A stretch of DNA of 64,000 nt from Neocallimastix sp. 'constans' (lineage: Eukaryota): NCBI GenBank assembly GCA_050613775.1, contig JBODTK010000137.1:62001-126000 (forward strand), given 5' to 3'. A program made the position numbers and the translations under genes. Positions 56,873 through 64,000 of this stretch are shown here, one piece after another. How positions within the stretch are numbered: position 1 is the first letter of the stretch; each line of letters begins with the position of its first letter. Under the pieces are notes generated by a model. The model worked only from the letters and a program-made list of their open reading frames with translations. It made no database searches and was not told the DNA's origin.

Positions 56873-57426
56873 TAAATATATATATATGATTTATTGCAAA
56901 AAAAAAAAAAGAATAAATATATTTTAAATTATTAAAACTTACAGATGAATAATCATCATTGTCTCCAAAAAATAACTATGGATTATTATCATTTCTAATA
57001 TTTAATTAATGTTTGATATATTTATACATTTATCTTTTGAAATATCATATAATAAATAGATTCAGAAGGGCAAATATAATATTGTCATTCCATAGAACTA
57101 CATTACTGTAATTTTCTTCTTTATTTGGATTAATAAATAGTTTTAGAATTTTTTATGAGGTGATAAGATCACCTGTATTAATATTCTATACCATAATTAA
57201 TCCTTTATTATTGGTTGTTACTATTCTATCCTTATGAATATTTATAAAAATAATAAGATATTTTATAAAAAAAAAAAAAAAAAATTTAAAATGAAATTTA
57301 ATTAATAAAATATAAATAATAAAATTTTTATTTATTTTAAAATTTTACCTTATTATATATTTGATGAAAATATGATAGTTAATTTTTTTACTCCTTAAAA
57401 TAAATAATAATAACAATAACAATAAC

Positions 57427-57468
<42 letters not shown>

Positions 57469-58421
57469 AATAAATAAGATCAGCAGTTTTGTATATATAT
57501 ATATTATATATAAATTTTAAATTTTGAATAATTTGGAATTATCAGAAATTGAAAAAAAAAATAAAAAAATAAAAAAAATAAAAATAAAAAACGAAAAAAG
57601 GTATTAAATATTAGATTTACATAGAGAATATAAAAAATTAAATCTTTTTTAGATAGAAAAGTTTCTAATATCCCAAACAATGATTTCTGAATTTAAATCA
57701 AATAAAATAATATAATTTTTACAATTAGAAAAGTACAATACCAATATTTTCATTATTCCTTTTAAACGAAGCACAATAGCGTTGGATTTTAAGATTATAT
57801 ACTTGAGTTTCTCAAAAATTACAAATCTTAAATAAAATTATAACCACAAATGGTAACAGTATAAGGTTCAAATCTTTCATACAGATATATCATTAAATAT
57901 TTATTCCTTGTTTTTTCTAATGAATGAAATTGTGATAATATATTTATTAATGGAAGTTTTGATGAATATGATGAAAAAACGAGTGCTTATTATTAGATGA
58001 TAATAAAGAATTTGATAATTCAATAAATGAGAAGGCTGAATTTTCAATAGTTTATGTGATAGAGGAATCTAAAATTTCTGTTGAAGATAAACCTAAGAAA
58101 ATATGGATATTGTTATATCATTTTTTTTACGAAATTGAAGTTGATGAAGATGACATGTTATAATAATTATAATAATATTTATTTTTTTTTTTTGCTATAT
58201 AATTTTTTGACTTACTAGAAGAATTTTTTGAAGAGAATAATGAGGAACAAGATTAACGTGACCATTTTTCAATAATGTGGTTTTATTCTTCTTAAAATGA
58301 GGATTAGTACTTTTAGAATTTGGATATGGGAAAGGATAATATGATGAGGACGGAGAAAATGATGATGATTTAAATGTATAGGGACTAATATTTAAATATG
58401 TATTATTAAAAAAACGACTAT

Positions 58422-58455
<34 letters not shown>

Positions 58456-59070
58456 CTTTGCCCAATCGAAAAGACTGATGATGTGAGGTAAAATAATATT
58501 TCCAATTTTGAATATTAAAATTCAAAAGATAAATTTCTTTCCATTGTACTTCATATACTTGATAAGATTTATTATTAGTTTATCTAACCCAAATAGTTCA
58601 TACAAAGAGGTCTCTATATTAGTTGTTCACTATTTTCCTCACTTCAAAGAAAAATTAGGAACTGGAGAAGCAGTCCAAGAAAAAGCGTACTTGAAAATTC
58701 TCAGAAATAATATGCATGTCAGAAGCGCCAATGCTGAACACTCAGTAAGGCCATCCAGCAGGGACAATATCCGCATAGGCGAAAGCATAGAGAAATGTTG
58801 TGACATGACTACTTCAATATTTCCATACCCTTGAGGGGGCTGAAAATAAGGGCGATACCCACCAGAAATAAAATAAAATAAAATAAAAAAAAAAAAAAAA
58901 GTATCATTTGTTAATACAGCTATGATAAATAATTTAAATATTCTATTTATTGTAAACCTTATCCTTCCTATAGTAATGGTAATGATAATGATGGTGCTAA
59001 AATAATATCGATTTATCATAGTTTAAATGACAGAATAAATATTAATGGAAATGTCAATGCTGCTTGAAAT
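56180..59070 (-). pseudogene. F-box/WD40-like pseudogene interrupted by a LINE fragment
   Basis: Minus-strand fragments: ...AVLTNDTF[insertion]..LYRDLF..QWKEIYLLNFNIQNW; an S-rich spacer; WD-like SEIIVWDIRN, RIVTTNNKGLIMV*NINTG and NMFSIWSIKTGE. Many stops and frameshifts. Confidence 0.65.
58633..58900 (+). mobile_element. Short 3' LINE fragment with (AAAAT)n/poly(A) tail
   Basis: GC-richer block reading VRSANAEHSVRPSSRDN, similar to the C-termini of the other LINEs (SIDVENAV.QTCRVN; KSVDVIL). It ends in an A-rich tail at 58866-58900. Confidence 0.65.
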
Positions 59071-59463
59071 ATCAAAAATAATAATGGAATTAATAAAAAT
59101 AACAAAATAATAATAATAACAATAATAATATTTAGAGAAACAGTTAACTCCTAATAAGAATAATAATAAGAATAACTGTAACAATAATAATAATGTTAAT
59201 AATAATGTTAAAAATATAGAAATAAAGATAATGATGACAATAATAATACAATAATTCTAATGGTAATAATAGATATAATAAAAATAAAAGCCATAACATT
59301 AGTTACAATAGAAATAATAATAGAAATAGATATATTAATCAAAATAGTAATATTAATACAACACCAAATATTAGTTTAGCTTAGAAAAAAAAAAATTTTT
59401 TTTCTCTTTTCAATTTCAATGTATTGCATTTTTGAAAAAAATAAAAAAATTTTTTTTATAATT

Positions 59464-59503
<40 letters not shown>

Positions 59504-60192
59504 TATTATTATTATTATAATTATTATTTTAATAATATTAATAAAATGAAAATATCAAAATTTAAAAAATTAATAATTTAAAATATATATATTAACAATT
59601 AAAATATAAGAAATAAAAATCAATAAAATTAAAACTTTATAGAATTAATACTGTTTTAATTCTTTATTATTATTATTATTATGTCAGAGAAAAAATGAAT
59701 AAAAAAAAATTATTCTATTATAATTTTAAGGTTTATTAAACATTAATATATAATATAGATGAATAATAATAAAATATACGTATATATAAAATAAAGTTCA
59801 TATAATGAAAACTTTAAAAAAAATTAAATTATTATAGTTTAAATAATGGTAAAATTGGAGTCATTTCTATGAAAAATAAATAAATAAATAAATATATATA
59901 TATATGTAAATACAGAGAAAAGAAAAAAAAAAAAAACTTTTAAAATTTTTAAATAAGATAGTTTGTTTATTAATATTTTTCAAAAGTTTAAAAAAAAGTA
60001 ATAAAATAAAAATAACTAAATAAATATAATAAAAATAATATCATAAAATTCAATTTTTATTGTGAATGATGAATGATTTGACTTTATTTTTCTTTTCTTT
60101 TTGTACCAGTTAGTATTTAACAATAATTAGAATTAATAGTTATAAAAAGTTTTATTATTTGTCAAATAAATACATAATTGATCTTTTTTAAG

Positions 60193-60229
<37 letters not shown>

Positions 60230-60530
60230 GATAATTGTTAAAATTTTCATATTAACTTGTAAATTAAATTAAATTTGTACTAATGTAATAAATTTAATCA
60301 GATAACAATTTAACATTTTTTTTTTTTTTTTTTTAATGGCTGCAATTAATATGAACTTCAATCTTTATTTTTGAAGATTACTTTTTATTTCATGTTACTA
60401 TTTTAAATATTATTATGTTCAAATTATACAAATAATATTTATTTTTTTTTTTTTATTAATTTCGTGTTTTTTTTTTTTTTCTTTATAATTTATAAAATAT
60501 TATTGTAATTAATAATTGAATAAATGAATA

Positions 60531-60985
60531 AAGTGCATAAATAAATTCAGAAAAAAGTTTATATGCAATGAACCTTATTTCCTTATGAATTAGGGTTTGA
60601 ATTGACTATCTGAAAGAAATTATGATCTTCTCCATCAGAGGCATTGGCTCTGCTAGCCTGTCTTACTGTATTTTCAGCGATGATGATCCTGATTAGTTTA
60701 CGCTTATATACCGTCGGAATAGTAACCCATGTCGAGTACTAGCCCGAGGCATAGTTTCTATAAAGAGAGTCGCAGATCGCACCAAGAAAGGCGTTTTTGA
60801 ATAATCACCAAAAATATTTTAGTTCGTAAACAAAACAATCCCATTCCTTTTTATGATTTAAATCAATAATGTCTGCATTTTTTCCACCAAGAAGGAAGTT
60901 ATATAATCGGTATCATGTCAATCACATATAAATTTATACACTCACTATTCAGAAAATTACTAAAATTAACACGATTATCACCAAT
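60531..60985 (-). mobile_element. 3' LINE fragment
   Basis: Collinear with 21708-22175 (shared TCAGAGGCATTG, TACTAGCCC, ACCAAGAAGGAAGTTATATAATCGGTA). Reads YRLYNFLLGG on the minus strand. Confidence 0.88.
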
Positions 60986-61582
60986 TGAACTATTCACTGT
61001 ATTATTAGTAACGATTCTATTATTCTTACTATCACTAATATTAATATTTCTATTTTCACTATCATTAATTCAACTATCATTAACAATATTATTTCTATTG
61101 TTATTATTGGTTATTATTGATAGTTTAACATCATTTTACTTAATGATGCTAATAATAATAAAAAAAAAAAAGAAAAAAAGAGAGATAATAAAATGGTATG
61201 ATTTAAATTAAATAAGGTGTTATTTACTTTTTTTTTAACATTGAAATCTAATAGCCTAATAGTCTTATTATATATTTAAATAAATAAATATATAATAATA
61301 AAAGACAATAATAAAATATAATATGTTTTGATTATTTTTCATATTAATTATATTGCCATATCTAAGTCAAAATTACAATTTTTATATTTAATAGTTTTTT
61401 AATTTTTTTTTTTTTTTTTTTATTTATTTATTTATTTTTATTTATTTATTTATTTATATTTTTTATTTTCTATATTTTATTTTTTTTTTTTTTATTTTAT
61501 TTTTTTTATTTTTTATTTTATTTTTAATTGTATTATATATATTCTATAATATTAAATATATTTTATTATTTTAATAATATGA

Positions 61583-61617
<35 letters not shown>

Positions 61618-61832
61618 ATATAATATGTCTATATCGTTTTAATATTTATTATTTTTTATTATTATTATTTTAGTATAATAAATTAATAAAATAATTAATT
61701 ATAATATAATAATTTTATAGTATATTTTTTATAGTATATTTTATATAGTATATTTTTTATAGTATATTTTTTATTTTATAAATATATATATATATATATT
61801 TTTATTTTTTTATTTTTACTTTTTCATTTAAT

Positions 61833-63241
61833 CTATGAAAATTGGTTATCAAATTTCTTATTACTTGGCTTCTTCTTCTTTCTAGCAGCAATTTCGATTC
61901 TTCTTTGTTTATTTCTTAAATTAGCTCTTTCTTCTTTAGTCTTCATTTTACAATATGGAAGTTCATCGATATGGAAAATAGATTGGATATTTTCATTACC
62001 ATAACCTAATAATGTTTTCCAGTAGTAAGAATTTTCTTGTCGCTGATATATGGAAAATTCTTTATTTCTTTTTTTCATAATTTTCCTACGTACAGTGGAA
62101 AGATTATTTAATTTAGTTACTAAATTCTTCCAATTAGAGAAATAAGTTACATACGGTGCAATGTATGGATCAAAACATTCGTAAATCATAGACATTTGAT
62201 CTTTTCTAAGGTCAAGATATCTATTAAAATTTGACATTTCAATTTTATTTGAGTATTTACTATGAAGTTCTTGAAGAAATTCTCTAGTAGGAACAAATAT
62301 CATAACACCATTACAAATATTTTCCATAAGTGAATTTGGTGCTGGTGTATATGGTAAATGAACAATAGCTTTGTATTTTGAAAGTACTTTTGGACCTCCA
62401 TATTCAAAATCAAGTATTTCATATTTAATACCATACTTTTGGAATGCATCAATAAGTAATTTTTCTTGGAAGTAACGATTAAATACAGCTACTGTTTGAT
62501 TAGTGTTTGGATTTGATTCAGTAAGAATTTGAACATAAGAATTTTTAATATTTGGAGAAAAAGGTGATGCTTGTATATTAACATATTTTGTAATATCTAA
62601 TCCACGTTCACAAGCGTCATATAGATAAGCTCTATATGGCACAACTACCGTAACTTTTTCTGTACTAAGTGCTTTTCTTAATAAGTTTGTAAAGTTTTTT
62701 TTGTCATCTTCTGGTACAAAATCATCAAATCTATTATATATATATATAACATATTATATTATTTTTTTAAAAAAAAAAAAATCAATATATATATTTCTTA
62801 ATTTTCTTAATTTTAAATTATAGATTTTTATAGTAATAAAATTTTAAATATATATATATATTATATTTACGGTCTTGTTAAATGTAATATAATTTTAGCT
62901 TTACAATTAGCTTTAATAAATGGTCTTGCTTCGTATAATATATCTGAAAATATTAAAAAGTCATAACTATTACACATTTCTTCAACCTTAGCATTACAGT
63001 TTTTGTTTCCATTTTCACATATCTTAATATTTTTCTGTTTAAATATGAAGTATATATATTTTTTTAATATTAAAAAAATATTATTCTTTTATAATTTAAA
63101 TATTTTTTTATTTGCTATTTTTAATAATAAATTCCTTAATACTTGTATTTAAATATCATTATTTATTTTACTATTTATATCACGTGTATTTTTATTTATT
63201 TTATTTTTACTTTCTATTTTATTTTTTTTATTACTACTTTC

Positions 63242-63310
<69 letters not shown>

Positions 63311-63658
63311 GTTTTTCCATTAATTAAATTAATTAAATATATAAATGAAAAATTAAATATTTACATCCATTCTTTCAACTTGTGTTAAAGTAAATTTGAA
63401 ATTACGAGCATATTCTTTTATTTCAGTTTTTGGATTAATTTGAGTAGCAAAATGGAAAACATTTTTTCTTTTTTTCATTTTTGGAGTGAAATTAAGTTCT
63501 CTTTTTGGTCCATACAAATTTAAATTAATATCAGGTTTGAATTTTTCAGGTTCCTTCTTTTTTACTGAAAGCTTTGAAAAAAGCTTACATATAATAAATA
63601 AAGATATAACATATATTATTAATCTTTTAAATTTACTGGTATATACCATACGTGCCAT
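61833..63658 (-). CDS. Type-II membrane protein, putative glycosyltransferase-like, about 451 aa, 3 exons
   Basis: Exons 63658-63365, 63034-62871 and 62730-61833 are in frame. A short basic N-terminus and one TM helix (LIIYVISLFIICKLF) precede a globular domain with YDFLIFSD and YGGPKVLSKYKAIVHLPY...SLMENICNGV. The gene structure is solid; the function is a guess. Confidence 0.8.
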
Positions 63659-64000
63659 CCTGTATATTCATTTAACAACAAAAATGAAGGAATATGAAAA
63701 AGTATCTATTATAAATTTATTTGATTATTTTAAATATTACTATTATTACTAAATTTTAATTTTAATAATATTTTGTTTTTTATTTTAATTTATTTTATAA
63801 TTATGTTATTTATTATATATATTATTTAATAAATATTACACTATTTTAAAAATGTTTAAATTAAAAAAAAAAAAAAACATTAATTCTTTAATCAATATTT
63901 TTAATTATGAAATTATTAAATAATAGTTTGTGTAAAAGTATACTTTAATTTTTTATTTTCTTTATTTCTTTCTTTTTCTTTTTTTTTTTTTTTTTTTCTA

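Noticed and set aside
63112..63388. Poly-I and poly-L ORFs
   Set aside because: They come from an intronic (TTA)n repeat of the minus-strand gene.

Overview
This is eukaryotic genomic DNA that is extremely AT-rich, with GT-AG introns, long homopolymers and microsatellites. It most plausibly comes from an anaerobic gut fungus (Neocallimastigomycota); that is an inference from composition, intron style and gene types. Most entries in the supplied ORF track are spurious or are single exons. By manual splicing I reconstruct seven apparently intact genes: a 70-aa ASDURF-like prefoldin-like microprotein, a PQ-loop membrane protein, a small protein ending in a GoLoco-like motif (less certain), a penta-EF-hand protein, a short-chain dehydrogenase, an intronless GCN4/CpcA-like bZIP factor, and a putative type-II membrane glycosyltransferase-like protein. 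The window also holds the 5' end of a gene running off the left edge and a decayed F-box/WD40 pseudogene. Much of the rest is a transposon graveyard (LINE, Ty3/gypsy and Ty1/copia relics) plus a ~27-kb stretch with no intact gene upstream of the bZIP. The most notable observations are the stand-alone ASDURF-like gene, a ~260-bp segment duplicated as an inverted circular permutation (the footprint expected from a reintegrated DNA circle), candidate uORF control of the GCN4-like gene, the GoLoco-like motif, and an unidentified repeated coding relic. All family assignments come from motif recognition, not database searches.
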